This document shows, piece after piece, positions 18,384 to 27,327 of a stretch of 64,000 nucleotides of DNA; position 1 is the stretch's first letter, and each line of letters opens with the position of its first letter. The notes beneath the pieces are model-generated. The model worked only from the letters and a program-made list of their open reading frames with translations. It did no database searches and was not told the origin of the DNA. The stretch lies in the NCBI GenBank assembly GCA_018399255.1, contig JAGYPA010000003.1, positions 58,032 to 122,031 of the forward strand, in the 5' to 3' direction. The position numbers were made by a program, and so were the translations under genes. This DNA comes from Spirochaetales bacterium. Lineage in GTDB: Bacteria; Spirochaetota; Spirochaetia; JABMQR01.

Positions 18384-19370
18384 ATGCTGCCGAAATTTAC
18401 TGAGTTTGATAAAAAAATCTGGGAAAAGGAACTGGAAGACTTTGTCCCAGAATCTGTGTTTGATGCGCACAGCCACATCTGGTCCGAAGCTTTCAGGAAG
18501 AACAATACCCAGAACACCTCTGCCTTACGGCTGGAGGTAGCTCTCGAGGACCTTCACCGCTGGTCACTTACACTGTTTCCCGGACGGAATATGGGGTACA
18601 TTCCCTTGCCGACTCCGCTGAAGGATATAGATTATTCCGGTCATAATGACTGGACTGCAGCGGAAGCGCACAGCGCGAAGTCTGCCGGGATTCCCCTTCC
18701 GGTTATTCCCACTATGCTGGTAGTCCCTGGGATGGACAAAGAGGAGATCAGCCTGCGGGCAGAGCGGGACGGAGTGAAAGTGCTCAAACCCTATCGGGTA
18801 TACGCAGACGATCCAAAAAACGGGGTGATTACCGACTTCTTTCCAGAATCCTTTATGGAAGCAGCCGATGAGCATCATCTGGCAGTAACGCTTCATCTTT
18901 CCAAAGAGACGGGTCCGGCTGATGAGCAGAACCTGAAGGATCTTGAACGATTCACTCGAAAGTACCCCGGTATTCGCTGGATTCTCGCCCATTGTGCCCG
19001 GGCTTTCAATTCGGTTCACCTTGAGGATTCCGTGCATCGTCTCGCAAAGATGGAGAATGTGTTTGTGGATACTTCTGCCGTGAATGACACCTACTCCCAC
19101 TATCTGCTTTTCAAATACTTCGATCGGGAAAAAATCCTCTTCGGAACGGACAACGTATCTGCGGGTTCAGCCCGCGGGAAATATATCACCTTCGGTTACG
19201 GCTGGGAAGGCTATTTCGGCAAGGAATCTCTTGAGCACTGCGACAGCCGCTGTACATTCATCGTGTATGAGCAGCTGCGGTGTCAGAAGCAGGCGGCTGA
19301 AATGGTCGGTCTTACGAAAGGTGAAATCGAGGATCTGTTTTATCGGAACAGCCTGAAGTTTTTTTCCTGA
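18384..19370 (+). CDS. Amidohydrolase-2 family (TIM-barrel metal-dependent hydrolase)
   Basis: DAHSHIW N-terminal metal-binding motif typical of amidohydrolase-2, and a HCARAF region. Confidence 0.6.
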   Translation: MLPKFTEFDKKIWEKELEDFVPESVFDAHSHIWSEAFRKNNTQNTSALRLEVALEDLHRWSLTLFPGRNMGYIPLPTPLKDIDYSGHNDWTAAEAHSAKSAGIPLPVIPTMLVVPGMDKEEISLRAERDGVKVLKPYRVYADDPKNGVITDFFPESFMEAADEHHLAVTLHLSKETGPADEQNLKDLERFTRKYPGIRWILAHCARAFNSVHLEDSVHRLAKMENVFVDTSAVNDTYSHYLLFKYFDREKILFGTDNVSAGSARGKYITFGYGWEGYFGKESLEHCDSRCTFIVYEQLRCQKQAAEMVGLTKGEIEDLFYRNSLKFFS

Positions 19371-19430
19371 TAAGCAAACAGCTTTCAGAAAGCTTGAAAA
19401 GGGCATGCCGATGCTGATGCATGAAAAAGG

Positions 19431-20390
19431 ATGGAAAAATTGTCTGTAACAGAAAGCAATAGTCGGAGTATATCCCGGCTCGGGCTGGGAACCGTTCAGT
19501 TCGGGCTGAATTACGGTATAAACAATACCGGAGGGCAGGTTTCGTATCAGGAAGTCTGCAGCATTCTAGAGACAGCAGCAGAAGAAGGCATCAACTTTCT
19601 CGATACATCGCGAAATTACGGAACCAGTGAGACAGTTCTGGGAAAAGCGATGAAGGAAACGGGGACAGACACCCGCTTTACCGTCTCAACGAAGCTCGAT
19701 CTGGACCGGAATTTCAAGGAGCTGAGCGATAAGCAGCTCTCCAAAGCTGCAGAAGAGTCGCTGGAAAAGAGCCTTGAAGCATTGAAGCTCGAGCAGATAC
19801 CGCTTTACCTTCTTCACAGCTATGATTATTACAGCTATCGGGACAATCTGATCTGGCATACTGCCCGGGAGCAGCAGGAAAAGGGCCGTATCGGAAAGCT
19901 TGGCATTTCCATAGGGCAGGGCCCGCATGAAGCCCTCTCCGCCCTCGGGGATACCGAGGTGCAGGCTCTCCAGATACCCTATAACCTGTTCGATCAGCGC
20001 TGGCGGCAGTCCGGTTTTCTTGCTGCGGCAAATAAAGCCGACCTGATTCTGATATCCCGCAGCGCCTATCTGCAGGGACTGCTGCTGATGGATATCGAGA
20101 AGGCTGTTCAGCGGGTGCCGCTCTCTCGGCCCTATAAAGAGATTCTCAATAATCTTGCGAAGACGTGGGATTTGAGCCTGACGGAACTTGTTTTCCGGTA
20201 TGTGATGGATACCAGAGAGATAACAACGACCATTGTAGGGATTGACAGTCTTCAGCAGCTTAAGGAAAATTGCAGGCTGTATAAGCGTCCAGCCCTGAAT
20301 AAAGCCAGGATACGGGAAATTGAAGAGCTCTTCAGCGAAGTTCCTGTCGAGGTGGTAAATCCATCATTCTGGACAACTGTTTTCAAATAA
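19431..20390 (+). CDS. Aldo/keto reductase
   Basis: LGLGTVQFG, DTSRNYG and SETVLGKA aldo/keto reductase motifs. Confidence 0.8.
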   Translation: MEKLSVTESNSRSISRLGLGTVQFGLNYGINNTGGQVSYQEVCSILETAAEEGINFLDTSRNYGTSETVLGKAMKETGTDTRFTVSTKLDLDRNFKELSDKQLSKAAEESLEKSLEALKLEQIPLYLLHSYDYYSYRDNLIWHTAREQQEKGRIGKLGISIGQGPHEALSALGDTEVQALQIPYNLFDQRWRQSGFLAAANKADLILISRSAYLQGLLLMDIEKAVQRVPLSRPYKEILNNLAKTWDLSLTELVFRYVMDTREITTTIVGIDSLQQLKENCRLYKRPALNKARIREIEELFSEVPVEVVNPSFWTTVFK

Positions 20391-20435
20391 CCAGTGATTT
20401 AAAAGTTTCGGGATAAGATAAAAGGAGACGGCAGA

Positions 20436-21371
20436 ATGAATGAATTTACCTTTAAACCCTCTCAATGGGTTCCGTTCAAGGATAGGGAAGTCATTGAGAG
20501 GGTCAGAAAAATCAGGCGCGAAGATATCGATAAGCATAACAATCCTGATTTCCGCATCAGGGTGCTCCCCCGGGAGAAAATATCTCATATCTTTGTAACC
20601 GATGTTTTTTCACGGATAAAACGTTCAGATGATCACGATGAGCCGGTAGTGCTTCTTTTCCCCAATCCCAATCCCGACTACTGGAAGGTTGCGCACCTGA
20701 TAAACACGCTGCAGGTCAGCTGCAGGAATGTCTGGGCTTTTGCGCTGGATGAATACGCAGACGAAGAGGGCAATATTGCCCCTGCCGAATGGAAATTCGG
20801 GTTCATGCGGGCTATGAATGAGAATTTTTACAACGCCATCGATGTGCACCTCCGTCCGCCGCGGGAGCAGGTTATCGGGCCGACCAACGAAAACTACAGG
20901 GACTACAGTAAGATGATTGCCGATCTGGGGGGAGCTGATGCCTGCTACACGGGCCCCGGCTGGACCGGCCACCTGGCTTTTGTCGAGCCGGACGCACCCG
21001 AGTTTAAAGCCGAAAGTCTGGAAGAATGGATGGGTATGGGAGCCCGGATAGTCACCTTGAGTCCGTTTACCCTCGCCCAGAATTCACTTTACGGAGGATT
21101 CGGCATGAGCGGGGATTTGAGTGCCGTTCCACCCAAAGGCTTTACGATAGGTCCGCGGGATGTTGTCGAGGCGAAATACCGGATGGATATGAGCGCCATA
21201 ACCGTTCATGGAACTGCCACCAGCTGGCAGCGTCTCATGGCCCGACTGGTTCTGCACGGACCGGTAACCCCGCTGCTGCCGACATCCATCCACCAGCTCT
21301 TGAGAACAGACAGCTATATATCGGAAGAAAATGCGATGAATATCGAGCCTGATTGGGACAAGGGGTATTAA
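20436..21371 (+). CDS. NagB-like glucosamine-6-phosphate deaminase / sugar-phosphate isomerase family protein (intact paralog of the pseudogenes)
   Basis: ALDEYADEEG and GPGWTGHLAFVEPD (compare the GIGxxGHIAFNEP motif of NagB/Pgl). GGAG ribosome-binding site. Confidence 0.6.
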   Translation: MNEFTFKPSQWVPFKDREVIERVRKIRREDIDKHNNPDFRIRVLPREKISHIFVTDVFSRIKRSDDHDEPVVLLFPNPNPDYWKVAHLINTLQVSCRNVWAFALDEYADEEGNIAPAEWKFGFMRAMNENFYNAIDVHLRPPREQVIGPTNENYRDYSKMIADLGGADACYTGPGWTGHLAFVEPDAPEFKAESLEEWMGMGARIVTLSPFTLAQNSLYGGFGMSGDLSAVPPKGFTIGPRDVVEAKYRMDMSAITVHGTATSWQRLMARLVLHGPVTPLLPTSIHQLLRTDSYISEENAMNIEPDWDKGY

Positions 21372-21372
21372 C

Positions 21373-22479
21373 ATGACGCCGAGGGAGAGAGTTGAAGCAG
21401 TCTATGCCGGTGAAGTGCCGGACCAGGTCCCCTTGCTGCTCGATCTCAGTCACTACTATAAAAGCACCTATAAAAAATTCTTCGATCTTTCCGGGTACAA
21501 AGGCGTGGACCAGGAACTGGTGGATCTGCACAAGAAAATCGGGGCCGTCTGCTATGTGGAGATGGGCCGGTTTTACGATCTGGCAGTAACCGACAGGCGT
21601 ATTGAAACGAGAGCGGAAACCCGGGACGGTGTTTTTTTTACCTATATCAGCACCCCGGAGGGCAGTCTCCATGAGGAGAGGACCTTCAGTGCAGAGAGTT
21701 ATTCCTACAACATCCGTAAGCATCTGCTGGAGAGCGTCGAAGATTTCCCGGCAGTTATCAGTCTGATGGAGCATATGGAGTGCATACCACGGTGGGAGCG
21801 GTATCATGAGTGGAACGACGCCCTTGGGGACGTGGGCTATCCCTACTGCGGTCTGCCCTACTCGGGGCTGGGGTATCTTATCTCACGCAATTTCGGGGTG
21901 GAAAAGACGATCTTTGCTGCCATGGATTATCCTGATGAGGTGCGGCTGCTTGTGGATTCAGTAAACCGTCGGAACCTGGAGATTCTCGATACCATAATCG
22001 ACGGCCCTTTTTCAACCCTTTTTATCAGCGACAACTATGACAGCAATGTGCAGACGAAAGAGCTGTTTGATACCTACTCGCGGGGATATTATACCGAGGT
22101 GGCAGATCGGCTGCATGCAAAGGGGAAGTATCTGGCAGTCCATGTGGATGGGGAGATGCGGGGAGCGCTGCGCTGGATGGATGAGTGCGGAGTGGACTGT
22201 GTCGATGCGGCTACCCCGGCGCCCATGTTCGCGCTGACTCCGAAAGCTGCCCGGGCGGAGGCGGGGAAGAATATGATCCTTTCCGGGGGTATACCGGCGA
22301 CAGTATTCGGTTCTCAGGGAACCGATGCAGAGTTTGAGGAGTCGGTGAAGGCCTGGCTGGAAACCAGGGTTGAATCTCCCCGGCTGTTTATGGCTGCAGG
22401 AGATCAGGTTCCTACCGATGCACCGCTGCACAGAATTGAGATGCTGCCAAAGCTCGTGGAAGCCTGCGGGAAATATTGA
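21373..22479 (+). CDS. URO-D family protein (second MtaA/CmuA-like paralog)
   Basis: N-terminus TPRERVEAVYAGEVPDQVPL. Translationally coupled to the upstream gene with a 1-nt gap. Confidence 0.55.
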   Translation: MTPRERVEAVYAGEVPDQVPLLLDLSHYYKSTYKKFFDLSGYKGVDQELVDLHKKIGAVCYVEMGRFYDLAVTDRRIETRAETRDGVFFTYISTPEGSLHEERTFSAESYSYNIRKHLLESVEDFPAVISLMEHMECIPRWERYHEWNDALGDVGYPYCGLPYSGLGYLISRNFGVEKTIFAAMDYPDEVRLLVDSVNRRNLEILDTIIDGPFSTLFISDNYDSNVQTKELFDTYSRGYYTEVADRLHAKGKYLAVHVDGEMRGALRWMDECGVDCVDAATPAPMFALTPKAARAEAGKNMILSGGIPATVFGSQGTDAEFEESVKAWLETRVESPRLFMAAGDQVPTDAPLHRIEMLPKLVEACGKY

Positions 22480-22501
22480 ACCGAACGGGGAAGATTCAGC
22501 T

Positions 22502-23662
22502 ATGAAAGTTATTGTAAACTGCCGGATTATTACCGAGAAGCAGATTATTCCGGATGCTGTGCTTATTATTGACGGCAGACTTATCCGGGAATTCGGACCT
22601 GCTGAGCTTCTTGCCCCGCGTCTTTCAGAGCTTGCAGACTGCGAAGTACTAGATGCCGGAGGAGACTTTCTCGGACCTGGCTTCATTGATCTTCATTGTC
22701 ACGGAGGCGGCGGGGTATGGTGGCATGAGGAACCCGAAGTTTTTGCCGAAACCCATTTGCGGCACGGCAGTACCGGCCTGCTGGCGACCTCCGGTATGTA
22801 TAAGGATTTGGATGAGCTCTGCCGCGGGCTCGATCGTATCCGTGAAGGTATGCAAAGCGGCAGCTGTCCCAATATTCTCGGTGTGCAGATGGAGGGGCCT
22901 TATAAAAACCCGAAATACGGCGCCCAGCCGGAACTTTCCATTCGCATTAATGAATTAGAGTATCGAAAAATCCTTGAGCATGGAAGTGATATCATCAAAA
23001 TCTGGACAGTTGCTCCTGAGCTTGAGGGAATTGATCCGTTTATTGAGACCGTCAGCGCCCTGGGGCATATTCTTTCCATAGGCCATTCGGAAGCTTCCCC
23101 TGAGGAGATTCTCAAAAACCTCAGTAACCGGCTTATTCTCGCCTGTCACGCTTTCGATGCAACCGGAACCAGTCCGAAGCTGAAAGGCGAAGCGGGAACC
23201 CGCAGCGTCAGTGTGGATGATATGGTACTTCTTGAGGACCGAATATATGCCGAGGTGATTCCCGATGCAGCCGGCGTTCATGTCCGCCCGCAGCTTCTGC
23301 AGCTTATTCTGAAAGCGAAAGGGGTGGATAAGGTTGTTGTAATAACCGATGGAACAACTGGCTCCGGCATAAAAGGGGTGCTCCCCGGAGAATCGGATCT
23401 CAATTTCAATGAAAACGGCCTATGCGGTTCGAATCTGACTATGGATCGGGCAGCCAGGAATATGATGATGCATACCGGTGCCTCACTGCCGGAAATTTTT
23501 TTGATGGCTTCACTTAACCCCGCCCGTGTGCTGAATGTCGATCATGCATACGGCAGCATCAGGCCATGGAAGATTGCCAATCTGGTGCTGGTCGATTCTG
23601 CACTGAATCTGAAAAAAGTAATTTTTCAAGGTGAAGTGATTCAGGATTCTCCAGGAATGTAA
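22502..23662 (+). CDS. NagA-like amidohydrolase (second paralog)
   Basis: GFIDLHCHGGGG motif. The start moves to MKVIVNCRII. The ORF track extends the frame upstream into the preceding gene. Confidence 0.65.
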   Translation: MKVIVNCRIITEKQIIPDAVLIIDGRLIREFGPAELLAPRLSELADCEVLDAGGDFLGPGFIDLHCHGGGGVWWHEEPEVFAETHLRHGSTGLLATSGMYKDLDELCRGLDRIREGMQSGSCPNILGVQMEGPYKNPKYGAQPELSIRINELEYRKILEHGSDIIKIWTVAPELEGIDPFIETVSALGHILSIGHSEASPEEILKNLSNRLILACHAFDATGTSPKLKGEAGTRSVSVDDMVLLEDRIYAEVIPDAAGVHVRPQLLQLILKAKGVDKVVVITDGTTGSGIKGVLPGESDLNFNENGLCGSNLTMDRAARNMMMHTGASLPEIFLMASLNPARVLNVDHAYGSIRPWKIANLVLVDSALNLKKVIFQGEVIQDSPGM

Positions 23663-23795
23663 TACGCGATAAACGACAGCCTCCAAAACTGCCTCTCGCA
23701 CCACACCACAATACATAGTTTCTGAGAAGAAGAACTGGACAAAGTGATATCCCTCTGTTATAGTTTCTTACAAGAAGTAAGTAATAGGAGCCGGC

Positions 23796-24956
23796 ATGAA
23801 GTTATTTGAATACCAGGCGAAAGCTATTTTTCAGAAAGAGGGCATTCCGATTCCTTCCGGATACCTGGCAGCCCCGTTCGAAGCGGCAGGATTTTGTGAG
23901 CAAATCGGTTTTCCCTGTGTCCTGAAATCTCAGGTTCTGCAGGGGGGGAGGGGGAAGGCCGGACTTATCCAGGTGGTGAAAAATTCAGCAGAGGCCGGAA
24001 CAAGGATTGCCGAACTCGAAGCCCGGGGGGTGAAAACAATTCTGGTCGAACAGGCTGTGCCAATTGCACGGGAGCTCTACCTCTCGGTTACCGTTGATCC
24101 TTTGCGGGCAAGCGCCCTTATAATCGCCAGTGGAGAGGGAGGGGTAGAGATAGAGGATCTTGCGGAAACAGCTCCCGAAAAAATCATCCGGGAAGAGGTT
24201 GATATAACCGCCGGTCTCCAGACCTATCAGGCAGTTGATATCGCCTACAGAATGACTGATAACCCGGATGAAGCCAGGCAGGCTGCCAAAATTATTCAGG
24301 CTCTCTTCAAAGTATTCTCGAAGTATGATGCCGAACTGGCCGAGATTAACCCGCTCTTTGTGACCGAATCCGGTGAACTGCTGGCCGGAGACGGGAAGCT
24401 GGTTATCGATGAGAACTCCATGGGACGACAGCCGGGCTTTGAGCGGACCCGGGATCACTACGACAGCGATATGGAATATGAGGCCGCGCAGGAGGGTATA
24501 CCGTATCTCCAGTTTGATGGAGAGATCAGCCTTATGTGTGCAGGCGCAGGACTGACCACCACCGTCTTTGACCTTATCCACTATGAGGGCGGAACCGTAG
24601 CGAACTATCTCGAATTCGGCGGCCCGAATTACCGGAAAGCAGTGCAGGCTATGGAGCTCTGTCTGCGCAATGATTCAAAAGTAATTCTCATAGTTACTTT
24701 CGGAACCATTGCCCGGGCGGATGTCATGGCGGAGGGGATTGTTGACGCAATACAAAGATTGCGCCCAAATCGACCAATTGTTGCATGTATAAGAGGAACT
24801 AACGAGGAAGAGGCAAAAAAAATACTTGAAGCGGCTGGAATTGAACCGCTGTACGATACCGAAGAAGCGGTCCGGAAGGCGGTAGCCTTGTGCGGGCAGG
24901 GTTCCGCAATTTCCGGTGCAGATGATCCTGACGGCAGAGACGGAGGTGAAGTGTGA
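23796..24956 (+). CDS. sucC: Succinate--CoA ligase (ADP-forming) beta subunit-like, ATP-grasp
   Basis: MKLFEYQAKAIFQKEGIP N-terminus is classic SucC. The QGGRGKAG phosphate loop is present. Confidence 0.75.
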   Translation: MKLFEYQAKAIFQKEGIPIPSGYLAAPFEAAGFCEQIGFPCVLKSQVLQGGRGKAGLIQVVKNSAEAGTRIAELEARGVKTILVEQAVPIARELYLSVTVDPLRASALIIASGEGGVEIEDLAETAPEKIIREEVDITAGLQTYQAVDIAYRMTDNPDEARQAAKIIQALFKVFSKYDAELAEINPLFVTESGELLAGDGKLVIDENSMGRQPGFERTRDHYDSDMEYEAAQEGIPYLQFDGEISLMCAGAGLTTTVFDLIHYEGGTVANYLEFGGPNYRKAVQAMELCLRNDSKVILIVTFGTIARADVMAEGIVDAIQRLRPNRPIVACIRGTNEEEAKKILEAAGIEPLYDTEEAVRKAVALCGQGSAISGADDPDGRDGGEV

Positions 24957-25849
24957 GTATTTTTATAACCCGGGAGACCCGGGTGCTGGTTCAGGGCATA
25001 ACTGGAAAAGAGGGAAGTTTCTGGACCGGCCATATGATAGATATGGGTACCAATGTTGCTGCTGGAGTAACACCGGGGAAAGAGGGTCAGTCTGTTTTCG
25101 GCCGACCGGTCTATCACACGGTTCGCCGAGCTGTCGCCGAACATGAAGCCGGCTCACCGCCATGCTCTTTGTTCCACCGCGTTTTACCAGGATGCGGTTT
25201 TGAAGCCCTGGACAGCGGCATTAAGAAGATTGTCACTATTGCCGACGGTATTCCGCTCCACGAAATGGTACAGATACGGGCTGCAGCCAAAGTGGAGGGT
25301 GCTCTGGTTGTCGGCGGCAATACATCCGGCTGCATAAGTCCGGGAGAGGCTATGCTTGGTATGTTTCCCTACTGGATCGATCGGGTCTACAGGAAGGGAA
25401 CAATCGGGATTATGACTCGCAGCGGATCGCTGACTAACGAAGTTACGGCCATGGTAGTGCAGGCCGGCTTCGGGGTGAGTACGCTGATGGGAATAGGGGG
25501 AGATCCGGTTCCAGGAACCCGCTTTGCCGAGATGCTGCCCTTTTATGAGGCAGATCCGGAGACCGAAGCTGTAGTGATTATCGGTGAGCTGGGCGGAACT
25601 ATGGAAGAAGAGGTTGCCGAAGCGGTAGAGGCCGGCATTTTTACCAAACCTCTGGCAGCCTTTCTCGGAGGACGGACGGCCCCGAAAGGGAAGCGGATGG
25701 GCCATGCAGGAGCCATAGTATCGGGAGGACGCGGCACGGTGGAAGGGAAGGTGAAGGCCCTTGAATCTGTAGGAGCTGCTGTTGCAGACCGGCCTTCTAA
25801 AGTGGGTCTGTTTCTAAGGAATTTGCTTGATAGAGGTTTAACGTACTGA
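24953..25849 (+). CDS. sucD: Succinate--CoA ligase alpha subunit-like
   Basis: TRVLVQGITGKEGSF CoA-binding N-terminus and the MGHAGA phosphohistidine region. There is a 4-bp overlap with sucC. Confidence 0.75.
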   Translation: MSIFITRETRVLVQGITGKEGSFWTGHMIDMGTNVAAGVTPGKEGQSVFGRPVYHTVRRAVAEHEAGSPPCSLFHRVLPGCGFEALDSGIKKIVTIADGIPLHEMVQIRAAAKVEGALVVGGNTSGCISPGEAMLGMFPYWIDRVYRKGTIGIMTRSGSLTNEVTAMVVQAGFGVSTLMGIGGDPVPGTRFAEMLPFYEADPETEAVVIIGELGGTMEEEVAEAVEAGIFTKPLAAFLGGRTAPKGKRMGHAGAIVSGGRGTVEGKVKALESVGAAVADRPSKVGLFLRNLLDRGLTY

Positions 25850-25851
25850 AA

Positions 25852-27327
25852 ATGGAGACGAATATGAAAATCCGGCCCAAAGTGTCGATTGAAACAAAAC
25901 AGCTTATCTATTTAGCTGCTGCATTTGCCGCATTGGTGATTATCAGGATTATGCCGATTTCCGAGAGCCTCCGTATAGCGGGCGATGCGGAACTGACTGC
26001 TGCCGGCCAGACGGCTTTGGGAATTCTGGTGTTTGCCCTTATTCTCTGGATGACAGAAGCAATTCCTTTTCACATTACCGGACTTTTGAGCATTATTCTT
26101 CTGGCTCTGTTTAAAACCGATTCTTACAAGGAAATCGTATCTGTAGGTTTCGGAAACGATATTATTACTTTTTTTATCGGTGTTCTGGTGCTTTCAGCTT
26201 TTATCACCGTTTCCGGGCTCGGGAAAAGAATAGGAATGCTCATCCTTTCAAAAACGGGAAACCACACCGGCAATATTCTTTTCGGATTTCTGCTTACCGG
26301 TACGCTGCTTTCTATGTGGGTGACCAATATGGCCGTTGCTGCTATGCTGATGCCGCTGGCGGTCGGTATATTGGAGGAGGAGGGTATTAAGCCCTTGAAG
26401 AGCAATTTCGGCAGGGCCCTGCTGATTGCCTGTGCCTGGGGTTCGATAATCGGTGGAATTGCAACTCCTTCCGGTGCAGGCCCCAATCCGCTGGCTATCG
26501 GCTTTGTTCGTGAAATGGCCGGTATCGATATAACCTTTGCCCAGTGGATGCTCTACGGAGTTCCTGCAGCGCTGCTTATGGTGCCTGCGGCATGGACTGT
26601 GCTGATGCTTTTCTTCAAGCCGGAGATGAAGCATCTTGCTAAAACAAAAAAGGAGATGCAGGCAGAGTACCGGGCTTTGCCGAGGATGAACCGGACCGAA
26701 ATTGTCACACTGATTCTTTTTCTTCTGACAGTGCTTCTCTGGCTTACCTCACCGCTGCTTGAACGATGGCTCGGAATTACCATACCCATATCTATGCCGG
26801 TGCTTTTTACCTCCTGTCTCTTTTTCATTCCGAAGCTTGGGGGAATTCACTGGAAAAGAATAGAACCGGAAATTTCCTGGAGCGGGATATTGCTCATAGT
26901 TTCAGGGATATCATTAGGTATGATGCTCTATTTTACTGGTGCCGCTAAATGGCTCTCTCTTGTGCTGCTTTCCGGCATAGGAAACCTGCCGTCAATTGCA
27001 ATGGTTTTTATTATCGTGTTAATGATTTCGTTGTTAAAAATAATATTTTCGAGCAATACCGTTACCGCAACTATTATAATTCCGATTATGATAGAACTGG
27101 CTGTCGCCCTTGGACTTCCCGTTCTGGCTGTTGCGCTTCCCGCCTCTCTCGTTGCATCGCTGGCTTTTATCCTGGTTACCTCTTCACCGACTAACGTCAT
27201 TCCTTATTCGGCCGGGTATTTTTCCATAGCCGATTTCGCAAAGTCAGGGCTCCTGATGACCTTGTTTGGAACCGTTATCATGACGTTCGTAATAACGCTG
27301 ATAGGGACTGTCAAAGGAATTTACTGA
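25852..27327 (+). CDS. DASS-family (SLC13-like divalent anion:Na+ symporter) or ArsB/NhaD-superfamily permease
   Basis: Polytopic membrane protein of 491 aa whose overall topology resembles anion permeases. Confidence 0.55.
   Translation: METNMKIRPKVSIETKQLIYLAAAFAALVIIRIMPISESLRIAGDAELTAAGQTALGILVFALILWMTEAIPFHITGLLSIILLALFKTDSYKEIVSVGFGNDIITFFIGVLVLSAFITVSGLGKRIGMLILSKTGNHTGNILFGFLLTGTLLSMWVTNMAVAAMLMPLAVGILEEEGIKPLKSNFGRALLIACAWGSIIGGIATPSGAGPNPLAIGFVREMAGIDITFAQWMLYGVPAALLMVPAAWTVLMLFFKPEMKHLAKTKKEMQAEYRALPRMNRTEIVTLILFLLTVLLWLTSPLLERWLGITIPISMPVLFTSCLFFIPKLGGIHWKRIEPEISWSGILLIVSGISLGMMLYFTGAAKWLSLVLLSGIGNLPSIAMVFIIVLMISLLKIIFSSNTVTATIIIPIMIELAVALGLPVLAVALPASLVASLAFILVTSSPTNVIPYSAGYFSIADFAKSGLLMTLFGTVIMTFVITLIGTVKGIY

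Noticed and set aside
25143-25337. Alternative-frame ORF inside sucD that weakly resembles the SucD consensus (FYQDAVLKP)
   Set aside because: The main frame resumes clear SucD similarity (EALDSGIKKIVTI). The alternative-frame match is only a few residues. I flagged it as a region to check rather than calling a frameshift.
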